NCBI GenBank assembly: GCA_963729715.1
Contig: CAVSPA010000007.1
Location: 192,001-256,000, forward strand
Origin: an uncultured delta proteobacterium
GTDB taxonomy: Bacteria; Desulfobacterota; Syntrophia; Syntrophales; UBA2185
DNA: 64,000 nt
Direction: 5' to 3'
Part shown: in pieces, positions 47,667 to 57,895 of the stretch
Numbering within the stretch: the first letter of the stretch is position 1
Layout of the letters: every line of letters begins with the position of its first letter
Notes under the pieces: generated by a model
What the model saw: the letters and a program-made list of their open reading frames with translations, nothing else
Database searches by the model: none
What the model was told of the DNA's origin: nothing
Program-made: the position numbers and the translations under genes

Positions 47667-48122
47667 ATGAAAAAACTGATAGCGGTAATTTTAGTAGTGG
47701 GCCTCTTGGTAGGAATGACTTCTATTGCACTGGCGTCCAGAGGCACGGCAAAGGAAGCCAAGGGCATGCTGGACAAGGCTGTTGCTTATCTCAAGGCTAA
47801 CGGAAAGGACAAGGCATTTCCTGTTTTTAACGATCAGAAGGGAAAATTTGTTAAAGAGGACCTGTATATCTACGTGCTTGACCAGAACGGCGTCGTCGTG
47901 TCCCACGGCGCGAATGCCGCACTGATCGGAAAGAATCTGATTGATCTTAAGGACTCTGATGGAAAACAGTTTATCAAAGCCATACTCGATGGGGCAAAGG
48001 CAAAGGGCAAGGGAACCATGGACTATAAGTGGACCAATCCGACGAGCAAGAAGGTGGAGGCCAAGTCTATCTTTTTCGAAAAAGTGGGTGACTTGGTCGT
48101 CGCCTGCGGATTTTATAAGTAG
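47667..48122 (+). CDS. Stand-alone periplasmic Cache domain protein
   Basis: Signal peptide; DLYIYV, DSDGK, YKWTNP and CGFYK motifs. Confidence 0.88.
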   Translation: MKKLIAVILVVGLLVGMTSIALASRGTAKEAKGMLDKAVAYLKANGKDKAFPVFNDQKGKFVKEDLYIYVLDQNGVVVSHGANAALIGKNLIDLKDSDGKQFIKAILDGAKAKGKGTMDYKWTNPTSKKVEAKSIFFEKVGDLVVACGFYK

Positions 48123-48180
48123 GTGCACCGGATATGGTCAGAAGGGCTACCCAGGCCTTTCTGACCATAATGTTTAACAT

Positions 48181-49092
48181 ATGTTAAGAGCGCCGTATTT
48201 GAGCAGAATTAAGTGTAGCGGTTTTTTCCTCGTTATCATAGCGTGTGTCTTCATTACCCCTGCATGTGTCCCCAAGCCGCCTCCTCCCCTGCCTTCGCCC
48301 AAGCCCATCAAGATAGCTCTGGTCCTTGGCGCAGGGGCGTCAAGGGGATTTGCACATATCGGCGTACTGAAGATCCTCGAATCCAACAAAATCCCTATCC
48401 ACATGATAGTCGGCACGAGCGCCGGCAGCTTTGTGGGAAGCCTGTATGCGTATGGATTTGATGCCTACACACTTCAAACCATGGCTATCTCTATCCAGAG
48501 GGACGATATTGTAGATCTCACGATCCCTGACAATGGATTCGTCAAAGGTGAGAAACTCGAAAACTATGTGAACTGGGCGTTAAGGGATACCACCATGGAA
48601 AAGCTGCAGATCCCTTTCTATGCGGTCGCCACTAATATACAGACAGGTGAAGAAGTCGTTTTCGGTACGGGCAACACGGGAACTGCAGTGCGGGCAAGCT
48701 GTTCGATTCCCGGCATATTCCAACCGGTGAAACTTTCAGGCGGGACATATGTGGATGGAGGCGTCGTAAGCCCGGTGGCTATTGACGTAGCCAGAAAGTA
48801 CGGCGCTGACATCGTCATAGCCGTCGATATATCTGCCAGTCCTGCAAATTCATCCCCCAGGAGCACCATAGAAACGATACTGCAATCCATCGACATCATG
48901 CATGCCAAGATATCTCAGATACAACTGGGCAGGGCAGATGTCGTGATAAAACCCGATGTGGGTCATATAGGCGCGGCAGATTTTTCCAGGAGACATGAAG
49001 CCATCCTCGAGGGAGAGCGGGCGACACTGAATGCACTTCCCAATATTAACCGGATCATTTCCAGAATGAGACAGGAAGGCAGCATCCGGTAG
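48181..49092 (+). CDS. Patatin-like phospholipase (lipoprotein)
   Basis: GAGASRG, GTSAG and DGG motifs. Confidence 0.93.
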   Translation: MLRAPYLSRIKCSGFFLVIIACVFITPACVPKPPPPLPSPKPIKIALVLGAGASRGFAHIGVLKILESNKIPIHMIVGTSAGSFVGSLYAYGFDAYTLQTMAISIQRDDIVDLTIPDNGFVKGEKLENYVNWALRDTTMEKLQIPFYAVATNIQTGEEVVFGTGNTGTAVRASCSIPGIFQPVKLSGGTYVDGGVVSPVAIDVARKYGADIVIAVDISASPANSSPRSTIETILQSIDIMHAKISQIQLGRADVVIKPDVGHIGAADFSRRHEAILEGERATLNALPNINRIISRMRQEGSIR

Positions 49093-49226
49093 CACATGCC
49101 CTGAGGAGTTTCATCACGGTCTGAAAAGCGGAGTTTCGGGTTATACGCCTTTCATCAGGTATGCAGGGACGCCCTCTTTTCTTCCCTGACCGGAGGGGTT
49201 ACTCAAATGAACAAAGGAATTGACGA

Positions 49227-49655
49227 ATGAAAAAGGCCGGCAGAGGCGACAATGTGAAAGTCCACTATAAAGGCTCATTTGATGACGGCTCAGTCTTCGA
49301 TTCCTCTCTGGATTGTGGTCCTCTCGAATTCAAAATCGGCGGTGGGCAAGTCATTCCCGGTTTTGAAGATGCCGTTGTTGGAATGCAGGTGGGAGAAACA
49401 AAGACCTCTAAAATCACGACCGACAAGGCCTATGGATCGCACCTTGAAGAAATGATCGTTGTCTTCGAGCGCGATCAGCTTCCTAAAGACTTTCAGCCGA
49501 GTGTCGGTCAACGGCTGCAATTCCGCAGGGATGACGGACAAGTTATCGAAGTTACTGTGACCGGCATATCAGATACGAGCGTCACATTCGATGGGAACCA
49601 TCCCCTGGCGGGCAAGGATTTGATTTTCGAGATCGAGCTTCTCGGAATTGCCTGA
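49227..49655 (+). CDS. FKBP-type peptidyl-prolyl isomerase (SlyD/SlpA-like)
   Basis: VFDSS, IPGFE, AYG and DGNHPLAGKDL motifs. Confidence 0.93.
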   Translation: MKKAGRGDNVKVHYKGSFDDGSVFDSSLDCGPLEFKIGGGQVIPGFEDAVVGMQVGETKTSKITTDKAYGSHLEEMIVVFERDQLPKDFQPSVGQRLQFRRDDGQVIEVTVTGISDTSVTFDGNHPLAGKDLIFEIELLGIA

Positions 49656-49952
49656 TCAATTCGAGAAAGTTTTTCTTCCACTTATGGCAAACTCAAGAAG
49701 ACGGATGCATACTAGTTAATTTATCACAAAACTCTTATAGAAAAAACTTGACATTCGACAAAAAGTCATAATAGATTGGCGCATATTTGAGGAAAGAAGC
49801 TTTTTTACCGTTCAGAAAGTCATAAAAAGTTGGGTAATGGCATTTTGCAGTATAAGGTAGACCATCATGTTCGTGAGGGATATGGTGAATTGTTCTTTCT
49901 GTCAACGTGGAAATCCAACTTTTGAAAAATCTAAGAAAGGAGGATGAAAACA

Positions 49953-50153
49953 ATGTCAGAAGGAGTCGTTAAGTGGTTTAATGAGAAGAAGGGATTCGGA
50001 TTCATTGCCAATGATGAAGGCGGCGATGTATTTGTTCATTTCAGTGCCATTCAAGACAGCGGTTTTAGGACGTTATCTGAGGGCCAGCGCGTCAAATTTG
50101 ACGTCCAGCAGAGTCCAAAGGGTCCCTCTGCTGTTAATGTGAAGACTGTATAA
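49953..50153 (+). CDS. Cold-shock protein
   Basis: [15 protein letters not shown] and DVFVHFSAI motifs. Confidence 0.96.
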   Translation: MSEGVVKWFNEKKGFGFIANDEGGDVFVHFSAIQDSGFRTLSEGQRVKFDVQQSPKGPSAVNVKTV

Positions 50154-50163
50154 GCGGTTCTTT

Positions 50164-50213
50164 ACAGAAAGAGGCACCCCGGTTCAGGTATTTACAGGGG
50201 TGCCTCTTTCTGT
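50164..50213 (+). terminator. Intrinsic terminator after the cold-shock gene
   Basis: ACAGAAAGAGGCACCCC...GGGGTGCCTCTTTCTGT perfect stem. Confidence 0.75.
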
Positions 50214-50252
50214 CTTCAGGTTTTTCTGCGGTAACCGAAAAGGAGACAATAC

Positions 50253-50579
50253 ATGAATAAGAAATTATACATCGGAAATCTGTCCAGCAAGGTTACTGAG
50301 ACTGATCTGAGGTCAAACTTTGCCGGAGCGGGTAAAGTCATGTCGGTGAATATCATAAAAGACAGGTTAACCGGACTATCCAAAGGATTCGGATTTGTCG
50401 AGATGGCATCCGAAGAGGAAGCAAAAGAGGCAATTGAAAAATTCAATGGCGGCCAACTTGACGGAAACACAATCGTTGTCAGTGAAGCCAGGCCAAAAAA
50501 AGACAGGGAGAGCGGAAGAGCAAGACCGTACCAGTCGGATTCCGGCGGAGGATTCAGAGGCAGTCGCGGCAGACGGTAA
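50253..50579 (+). CDS. RRM RNA-binding protein
   Basis: LYIGNL (RNP2), KGFGFVEM (RNP1), Gly/Arg-rich tail. Confidence 0.95.
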   Translation: MNKKLYIGNLSSKVTETDLRSNFAGAGKVMSVNIIKDRLTGLSKGFGFVEMASEEEAKEAIEKFNGGQLDGNTIVVSEARPKKDRESGRARPYQSDSGGGFRGSRGRR

Positions 50580-51080
50580 TAAGACCAACACCTACCTTAG
50601 ACCATCACATACTGCATCCAGAAACACATCTTTGCATATTGCGACCTCGCAAGAAGTCATTTGCAAATTCACCACGTTTCACATTTCAAAGGATCCTATA
50701 TAAATTGATTTTTTGTGTGATTATTATCACAGCTTTTTGTTGCGCTGCACTTTAGATTATGACCCAAGAGATGTTGTGAAAAAAACGAGTTGCGAATCGA
50801 GAGGTGAAAGAGCAACCATATCTGAGAAAGGAGGAAAGTAAATGGAACCATTAATGTCAACACAATTATCGGTGCCACTTTCTCATATCCTCTTCCTTCT
50901 GTCCCTCACCACACTTGTATTGATTTTTGGTTACACCAGAACGGCCTTGCTTCTCAACTACAGCTTTCTAATTTACTGGAGCTACCTTTCGAACGTCCTA
51001 CTATTCACGGAAAACGGAAAAAGGAGAATTACAACTCAATCGCATTACGTTACTCTACATAGCATTCGGTTTTGCTATTC

Positions 51081-52498
51081 GAGATATAACCCAAAGTTGT
51101 GGACAGGATAAAAAGAAGGCGTATCCTAAATAAGTGTAGTTTAACTTAAAGCCCCCTTGGCGAGAGGGGAGAAAGAAGGATACGCCCATGGAGAATAATG
51201 AACGAGATTATCTGGAAAAGCAAGTTAAAGAAGAATCAAAAAGCGCATTGGAGTTAATTATCCGGGAAGGCGCCTGTCGGATGTTGCAGGCGGCCATAGA
51301 GAATGAGATAAGTGAGTACATTGAGAGTTTCAAGGATGCGAGAGATAATGGTGGTCGGCGCATGGTTGTGAGGAACGGGTCCTTACCGGAAAGAGAGATT
51401 GTGACTGGCATTGGGCCATTGCAAGTGAAACAGCCCCGCATTCACGACAAGAGAGAAGGCGAGGCTTTTACCAGCACTATTTTGCCGAGATATATGAGAA
51501 GAGTTCCATCAATAGACGCTTTAATACCGGCACTCTATCTTAAGGGGATCTCCACTGGGGATTTCAGTGAGGCACTAGAATCCATATTAGGAAAGAACGC
51601 AACGGGGCTTTCCGCCACAAATATTGTTCGATTAAAGACTCTCTGGGGACAAGATTATGAAAACTGGGCGGGGCGGGATCTTGCCCATAAGCGATACGTT
51701 TATTTCTGGGCAGACGGCATTTATTTCAATGTTCGTTTGGGAGATGTGGAGAACAAGCGGCAATGCATCTTGGTCATTATGGGGACATTGGAAGACGGGA
51801 AGAAGGAACTTGTTTCCCTTCTTGACGGATACCGGGAGAGCAAACAGGTTTGGCAGGAGATGCTGCGCGATCTCAAGCAAAGGGGGCTTAAAGAAGGTCC
51901 TAAGTTGGCGGTTGGTGACGGCGGCTTGGGATTCTGGGCAGCCCTTCGGGAGGAGTTTCCGGAAACAATAGAGCAGCGTTGCTGGGTTCATAAGACTGCC
52001 AATATCCTGGATAAGATGCCAAAGAGCGTTCAACCGAGAGCCAAGGTTCATATCTGCGACATGTATATGGCTCCGACCAGGGATGAAGCCTTTAGAGCCT
52101 ATGATTATTTCTTATCTCAATATCAGGCAAAATATGAAAAAGCATGCGAGTGTTTAAGAAAAGACAAAGAAAGTCTTTTTGCTTTTTATGATTTCCCGGC
52201 AGAGCACTGGCGTCATATCCGGTCTACAAATCCTATCGAATCAACCTTTGCCACTGTGAGGCTTCGCACAAAACGGACAAAAGGTTGTGGCTCAAGATTG
52301 GCAACACTTACCATGGTTTTCAAATTGGCCATGGAAGCAGAAAAGACTTGGCAGAGAATCAGGGGGCATAACCTTATCTGCAAGGTCATTGAAGGAATCA
52401 GATTTGTTGATGGTGTAATAATGAAAGAAGCTGCTTGAATTTGAAAAGGGTCAGGATACGTTGAAAAATGTCTCATCCACAACTATTGACAATATCCC
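51081..52498 (+). mobile_element. IS256-family insertion sequence (1418 bp)
   Basis: Imperfect IRs GAGATATAACCCAAAGTTGTGGA / GGGATATTGTCAATAGTTGTGGA; 9-bp TSD TTGCTATTC at 51072-51080 and 52499-52507. Confidence 0.93.
51188..52438 (+). CDS. IS256 family DDE transposase
   Basis: LYLKGISTGD, WADG, GDG, QRCWVH and STNPIES motifs. Confidence 0.96.
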   Translation: MENNERDYLEKQVKEESKSALELIIREGACRMLQAAIENEISEYIESFKDARDNGGRRMVVRNGSLPEREIVTGIGPLQVKQPRIHDKREGEAFTSTILPRYMRRVPSIDALIPALYLKGISTGDFSEALESILGKNATGLSATNIVRLKTLWGQDYENWAGRDLAHKRYVYFWADGIYFNVRLGDVENKRQCILVIMGTLEDGKKELVSLLDGYRESKQVWQEMLRDLKQRGLKEGPKLAVGDGGLGFWAALREEFPETIEQRCWVHKTANILDKMPKSVQPRAKVHICDMYMAPTRDEAFRAYDYFLSQYQAKYEKACECLRKDKESLFAFYDFPAEHWRHIRSTNPIESTFATVRLRTKRTKGCGSRLATLTMVFKLAMEAEKTWQRIRGHNLICKVIEGIRFVDGVIMKEAA

Positions 52499-52724
52499 TT
52501 GCTATTCTCCTGCTTGCTACGATGGGTCTTATGCATAATAGAGAGTGATAAGATTCCGCATCTCTCATTTGTATTTTGTTCCGGGCATGTTTTGTTATAC
52601 AGATGGCACCTGCAGAGCAGGAAATGCTGCTCTGCAGATGCCGCCCTTGCGACAGGCAATACACCCTGTCAGTACCTCCTGAAGGCCAGGTGAAGATGTG
52701 CAATTTAACGGTATTTTCCCCGGC

Positions 52725-52761
52725 CATGAAGCTCCCCGACCTGCCGGCGGGGAGCTTCATG
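52725..52761 (-). terminator. Hairpin terminator downstream of glyA
   Basis: CATGAAGCTCCCCG...CGGGGAGCTTCATG 14-bp stem. Confidence 0.6.
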
Positions 52762-52783
52762 AACATTGGCAGATTATACCCGG

Positions 52784-54151
52784 TTAAATATTAAGAGGGT
52801 ACTTCCGGCAGAGGGATTTCACTTCCGCGGCAATTTTCCGGAGCTCCGGCATTTTCTTGATCTTCTCTTCAAACTCAGCAGGCTTCAGATTACAATCAGG
52901 TGCGACAACTCTAATGACGTAATCGACCCACTCGGCAATCTTATCCATCTCTTTTTCCTTCATGCCGCGCGTGGTGATGGTCGGCGTGCCCATCCGTAGC
53001 CCTGATGGGTTCATTGGTGACCCGGTTTCATTGGGAACCGAATTGCGGTTCATGATGATTCCCGCCTGGTCAAGGGCTCTGGCAGGATTGCGACCCGATA
53101 GTTTCTTGCTTCTCATATCGATGAGCACGAGATGCTTGTCCGTTCCGCCGGAAACAACATCGTAGCCCCTCTCCATGAACCTTTGCGCGAGCCTCTGAGC
53201 ATTCTTTACCACCTGGAAGGCATATCTTTTAAACGCCGGCGTACACGCCTCTTTCAGACAAACCGCGAGGGAAGCGATTGTGTGTTCGAAAGGGCCACCC
53301 TGCAAACCCGGGAAAACGCCGAAATCTATTCTTTCTGCCAAATCGCCTCTGCATAGGATAACGGCGCCCCGTGGCCCGCGGATGGTCTTATGCGTTGTAA
53401 AAGTGATGACATCCGCTTTACCTACAGGCGATTTATTGGCGCCCGCTGCAACGAGGCCGGCCTCATGAGCGATATCCGCAAGATAATAGGCGCCCACTTC
53501 CTTCGCAACAGAATGAAGGGCGTCATAATTGATTTCGCGCGGATATGCGGTACCCCCTGAGATGATCATCTTAGGGCGGTACTCCTTGGCAATAGCCATG
53601 ATCTTCTTATAATCAAAGAGCCGAGAACCAGGCTCTACTTTGTACTGCACCACTTTAAAAATTTTTGAAACGATACTGATTTTTCTCTTGCCGCCCAGAT
53701 ATATAGCCTGCTCAACCTGCCCTTCCAATCCCTGTTCATCTTTTTCGGGAAATGACCAGCCATGCGACAAGTGCCCGCCATCCGGCAGATACATGCTCAA
53801 GATAGTGTCTCCGGGCTCGAGAAGCCCGTTATAAACGGCCAGATTCGAATTACCTCCGGCAAGCGGCTGCACGTTCACATGCCAGTCGTCAGGGAGAGAG
53901 AAGGCCCGCCTTGCCCTCTGCTGGCAAAGTTCTTCAAGATTGTCCACGAACTGGTTTCCTTCATAATACCGCTTATGAGGATATCCCTCGGCATATTTAT
54001 GTACAAATAATGATGATAAGGCCTCCCGAACTGCGGGACTGGAAAAGTTTTCCGATGGGATCATCGACAGTTTATACTGCTGCTTCTCTTCCTCCTTCTT
54101 GATCAGCTTGTAGATCTCACGATCCTGTTTCTTAAGATTCGGAAAATCCAT
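52784..54151 (-). CDS. glyA: Serine hydroxymethyltransferase
   Basis: SEN, KYAEGYP, DIAH, TTHKTIRGPRG, FPGLQGGP and SGLRMGTP motifs. Confidence 0.96.
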   Translation of the reverse strand: MDFPNLKKQDREIYKLIKKEEEKQQYKLSMIPSENFSSPAVREALSSLFVHKYAEGYPHKRYYEGNQFVDNLEELCQQRARRAFSLPDDWHVNVQPLAGGNSNLAVYNGLLEPGDTILSMYLPDGGHLSHGWSFPEKDEQGLEGQVEQAIYLGGKRKISIVSKIFKVVQYKVEPGSRLFDYKKIMAIAKEYRPKMIISGGTAYPREINYDALHSVAKEVGAYYLADIAHEAGLVAAGANKSPVGKADVITFTTHKTIRGPRGAVILCRGDLAERIDFGVFPGLQGGPFEHTIASLAVCLKEACTPAFKRYAFQVVKNAQRLAQRFMERGYDVVSGGTDKHLVLIDMRSKKLSGRNPARALDQAGIIMNRNSVPNETGSPMNPSGLRMGTPTITTRGMKEKEMDKIAEWVDYVIRVVAPDCNLKPAEFEEKIKKMPELRKIAAEVKSLCRKYPLNI

Positions 54152-54331
54152 GAAGTTGTTCCTCCTGTATTTTATGACAAAGCGCAGGCATATTACCCTA
54201 TGTCTTCATTTATCTCAAGGGGGCGTTTTGGAAATTCTTATGAATGAGGGCGAGGCAATGATTTTTAATGGCCGTCCCCTGTCTTATGTGATATTAGAGC
54301 CGCCAGTAATTTCAGGGGTTCAGGTGTAGTA

Positions 54332-56473
54332 ATGGAAGAAACGAGTGCAACAGCGGGCGTAACCGGCCAGAGAGTGGCTATGACAGTGCTGACGAGTATG
54401 GTTTTTTCCGGCGCACTCCTCCTTTTCGGGATGGAGCCCCTTGTCGGTCGATTGCTGACACCTTATTTCGGGGGTGCGGCCCATGTCTGGCTTACGTGCC
54501 TGATGTTCTATCAAGCCATGCTCCTCATCGGATATCTGTATGCACATCTCTATGCAAAAAAAATGGGGGGCTGGCATTTGCTCCTGCTTGCCCTTCCCCT
54601 GATAAATATGCCGTTGAATATCAGTGCCCAACCCGATGCCGAGGCGCCGCTCCTCAACATCCTCGGCATATTGTTTATGAATGTGGCGCTGCCCTTCATC
54701 GTCCTTTCGACAACGGCGGTCGTCGCTCAGTTATGGCTCTATCGATCTTCAGTAGGAAAGCACCTTGAGCCGTATCCGCTGTATGCCGCTTCAAATGCAG
54801 GGTCTCTTATTGCGCTTCTGGGTTACACTTTCTTAGCCGAACCTCTGGTGGGTCTGAGAATACAGAGCCTTTCCTGGACAGGAGCGTATATTGTCTATGC
54901 GCTTATTTGCGTGGCGGCCTGGTTTCAACTCCGTCCGGATAAAGAGCGAAATATTCAGACTTCGGAAGCCGGCGGAGAAATTGAACAGGACAAGGTTACG
55001 TCTTTAACCTATGCGAGGTGGCTGCTGCTCAGCAGCCTTCCTTCCGCATTTCTTCTGGCCGTTACTAACTTCATCGCTCTGGAAGTCGGTTCTTTCCCTT
55101 TGACCTGGGTCCTCCCCTTGGCCCTTTACTTGGGTAGCTTCATCGTGACCTTTTCGAACAGGGGTGGCGTCCCCCGCTTCCTGAAAATATTATGGCCGGA
55201 AATCCTGCTCATCACATTCATACTTTATCTGTGGGGACCTTCGCATTGGCTCGCCATCATCGGACATCTGTCTGTCTTCTTTATGATTTGTCTGGTTGCG
55301 CACGGCACGCTCTATGAGCGTCGACCGCGCCCCGGGCATCTCACCAATTTCTATCTCGCGATCGCCTTGGGGGGCTGGATAGGCGGGGCCTTCATCAGCC
55401 TTATCGCCCCTTATATGTTTAAAGGACTGTTTGAATATCCTGTGTTGCTCCTATTATTAGGTTGTTCCTTCTGGTGGTGTTCTAACAGGTTATTTGTCTC
55501 GTACAGGCCCGGCACGCCTATCCTTGCCGCCGGCGGCCGTATCTTGATCATGACCATTATGCTCACCGTCATCGGCATGGAGTCTTGGACATCATGGCAA
55601 GAGCCGATTAAATTTCGTCATCGGAATTTTTACGGGACGTACCGCATCAAGGACGAGCCATCCGTCGAAGGCATGCCGGGAGGGCTGAGAAAACTGCTTC
55701 ATGGCAGGACCTTGCATGGAGCCCAGCTACTCGATCCGGACATGCGGCAGACACCGATTTCTTACTTCTATCCGGGGGGAGGAATTGCCGATGTCTATCA
55801 AACAACTAATACCCCTCGAAGAATCGCTGTACTGGGGCTCGGATCGGGCGCTGTCGCCGCGTATGCAAAAGATACCGACAGCATCACCTATTATGAAATA
55901 GACCCTGACAATGAAAAGATCGCCCGGCAGTGGTTTACGTATCTTGATGACTGCAAGGTCAAAGTTCGCGTCGTTGTCGGTGACGGGCGCCTCTCAATGC
56001 AGAAGTCAGACGGCGCAGGTCACGACTATGACATTATCCACATGGATGCGTTTACAGGCGATGGCATCCCGACACACCTGCTGACACGGGAAGCCATGGA
56101 AATATATCTCAGCAGACTGGCACAAGATGGAGTCATCCTCTTTCACGTCTCTAACCGCTACTATGAACTGAGACCCGTGATCAAATCCACATCCGCGGAA
56201 CTGAACCTGTATGGCGCCATAAATGTACCGGCAACAAGGGACAAATTGAAATATTATCAGAATGCATCCTGGTGTGTCGCCCTTGCAAGGAATCCTGCTC
56301 GCCTTCAGCCATTGGTGAACCGCGGTTGGGTGAGGCTGGGAAAGGATGACGGATTGAATGGGAGTGCGTTATGGACCGACGATTATATAAATATACTCGC
56401 ACCGTTAGGAGAAAATATAAGATACAATTTAGCAAAGTATAACATGAATCTGTTTAAACTCCATGTTCAATGA
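54332..56473 (+). CDS. Fused multi-TM/spermidine synthase-like protein
   Basis: YAASNAGS, HGxxLHG, GLGSG, EIDP, GDGR, DAF and WTDD motifs. Confidence 0.88.
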   Translation: MEETSATAGVTGQRVAMTVLTSMVFSGALLLFGMEPLVGRLLTPYFGGAAHVWLTCLMFYQAMLLIGYLYAHLYAKKMGGWHLLLLALPLINMPLNISAQPDAEAPLLNILGILFMNVALPFIVLSTTAVVAQLWLYRSSVGKHLEPYPLYAASNAGSLIALLGYTFLAEPLVGLRIQSLSWTGAYIVYALICVAAWFQLRPDKERNIQTSEAGGEIEQDKVTSLTYARWLLLSSLPSAFLLAVTNFIALEVGSFPLTWVLPLALYLGSFIVTFSNRGGVPRFLKILWPEILLITFILYLWGPSHWLAIIGHLSVFFMICLVAHGTLYERRPRPGHLTNFYLAIALGGWIGGAFISLIAPYMFKGLFEYPVLLLLLGCSFWWCSNRLFVSYRPGTPILAAGGRILIMTIMLTVIGMESWTSWQEPIKFRHRNFYGTYRIKDEPSVEGMPGGLRKLLHGRTLHGAQLLDPDMRQTPISYFYPGGGIADVYQTTNTPRRIAVLGLGSGAVAAYAKDTDSITYYEIDPDNEKIARQWFTYLDDCKVKVRVVVGDGRLSMQKSDGAGHDYDIIHMDAFTGDGIPTHLLTREAMEIYLSRLAQDGVILFHVSNRYYELRPVIKSTSAELNLYGAINVPATRDKLKYYQNASWCVALARNPARLQPLVNRGWVRLGKDDGLNGSALWTDDYINILAPLGENIRYNLAKYNMNLFKLHVQ

Positions 56474-56681
56474 AATACTTAAAAGCTGGGCGCAATTCCC
56501 GCATAACTTGCAGCCGCCTTTCTGTTGGATATTCTTATGATTATGCAACAATTATAACATAATAATCCTTCCTCAAAAAAATTAAAAAGATTTCTTTTCA
56601 ACTCTGGAGCAATGTGAAAGAATACTAATGTATACTATCCCGCATTGGAGAATTCTTTCGTAACCCTCCCAGGAGTAACCG

Positions 56682-57224
56682 ATGAAATTTAAACCTTATG
56701 AACAGGGAGCTCTTGATTCGCTTTGCGGCATATACAGTATCGTAAATGCCATGCGCGTAATCAGGGGACTCAGTAACGAGGATTCGCAGGAACTTTTTAC
56801 GCAGATTATTTGCTACCTTGAAGAAAATAAGAATCTCGCTGTAACGCTCGCGCAGGGAATCAGCATAACGGTGATGGGGAGCATATTCAAGGATATCATC
56901 GGAGAAAAAGTAGACCGGGCAATACCTTTCCAAAAGCAGACGGACGTGGGAATCAGTGAATTCTGGACCGAGATGGCAAGGTTTCTTTACGAGAAACGTG
57001 CAAAAGGGGAAAAGAGGGCCATTCTTCTGAGCCTGGGCGGTCTGCATGACCACTGGACTATCGTTCGGAAGATCACGAGCAAGCGCATCTGGCTTTTCGA
57101 TTCAATCGGCCTGCGGAATCTGGACCGCAGCAAATGCACAACCCGCAAGGCATCGTCCAGCAGGCGTCATTTGATATATCCCACGCAAACATATTTTTTA
57201 AAGCAAAATCAGCATGTTCTGTAG
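56682..57224 (+). CDS. Hypothetical protein, papain-fold (Josephin-like) cysteine peptidase candidate
   Basis: QGALDSLCGIYSIVN...DHWTIVR...WLFDS; AGGAG RBS. Confidence 0.65.
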   Translation: MKFKPYEQGALDSLCGIYSIVNAMRVIRGLSNEDSQELFTQIICYLEENKNLAVTLAQGISITVMGSIFKDIIGEKVDRAIPFQKQTDVGISEFWTEMARFLYEKRAKGEKRAILLSLGGLHDHWTIVRKITSKRIWLFDSIGLRNLDRSKCTTRKASSSRRHLIYPTQTYFLKQNQHVL

Positions 57225-57539
57225 TTAATGTCCTGTCATCACCAGACATGCGGCTGATCAATTCAAGAATTTACTCTCAATTGAGATTGAACCCGAGATT
57301 TCGTTTCTCTTCCCGCTATAGAGAGTGATCCGCGCCTGTATGCGCGTGTGCGGTTAATTTTCCGGCTGGAATACCGCTTTGTGTCTATTATCACCTATCC
57401 TGAATAAAGTTAAAATAAGATCATTTTAATGTTGCTTTTTTGATGCTCAGAATTTATAAGAGTTCATTGATGCGCAGATGCTGATGTTTCCGCCTTCGGC
57501 GGATCGAGACCATATAGAATATAAAAGGGAGGAGATGCT

Positions 57540-57809
57540 ATGAACAAAGAAGATCTGATCAATGAGGTTGCAAAGTCAACGTGCAGCAAGGTGGAGGCAG
57601 TAAGCGCCGTTAATTCCGTCCTTGATGCGATCAAGAAGGCCCTTAAAAAAGGAGACAAGGTGACTCTCGTCGGCTTTGGAACTTTCTCCGTTGCGAAGAG
57701 ATCCGCAAGGACAGGAAGAAATCCCCAGACCGGCAAACCGATCAAGATTGCGGCCAAGAAAGTGCCCAAGTTTACTGCCGGTAAGGCACTGAAAGATGCC
57801 ATTAAATAA
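57540..57809 (+). CDS. hup: DNA-binding protein HU
   Basis: MNKEDLI, GFGTF and GRNPQTG motifs. Confidence 0.96.
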   Translation: MNKEDLINEVAKSTCSKVEAVSAVNSVLDAIKKALKKGDKVTLVGFGTFSVAKRSARTGRNPQTGKPIKIAAKKVPKFTAGKALKDAIK

Positions 57810-57862
57810 CATTCAGATATTATAAAAATACGTTCAATATTTTTTCAGACCACTTGACAGTT

Positions 57863-57895
57863 TGGGCGGGATAAACTCCCGCCCTTTCTTATTTT
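57863..57895 (+). terminator. Intrinsic terminator after hup
   Basis: GGGCGGGA-TAAAC-TCCCGCCC followed by a T-rich run. Confidence 0.7.

Larger units (their letters stand above)
50842..52548 (+). pseudogene. Small membrane protein gene split by IS256 and frameshifted
   Basis: Removing the IS and one A restores ...ENGKGELQLNRITLLYIAFGFAILLLATMGLMHNRE*. Confidence 0.7.

Noticed and set aside
54152..54331. ZTP riboswitch upstream of glyA
   Set aside because: ACTGGCG is present on the minus strand, but the GTGG/CCAC stem and the CGCCTGGGC 3' motif are missing.
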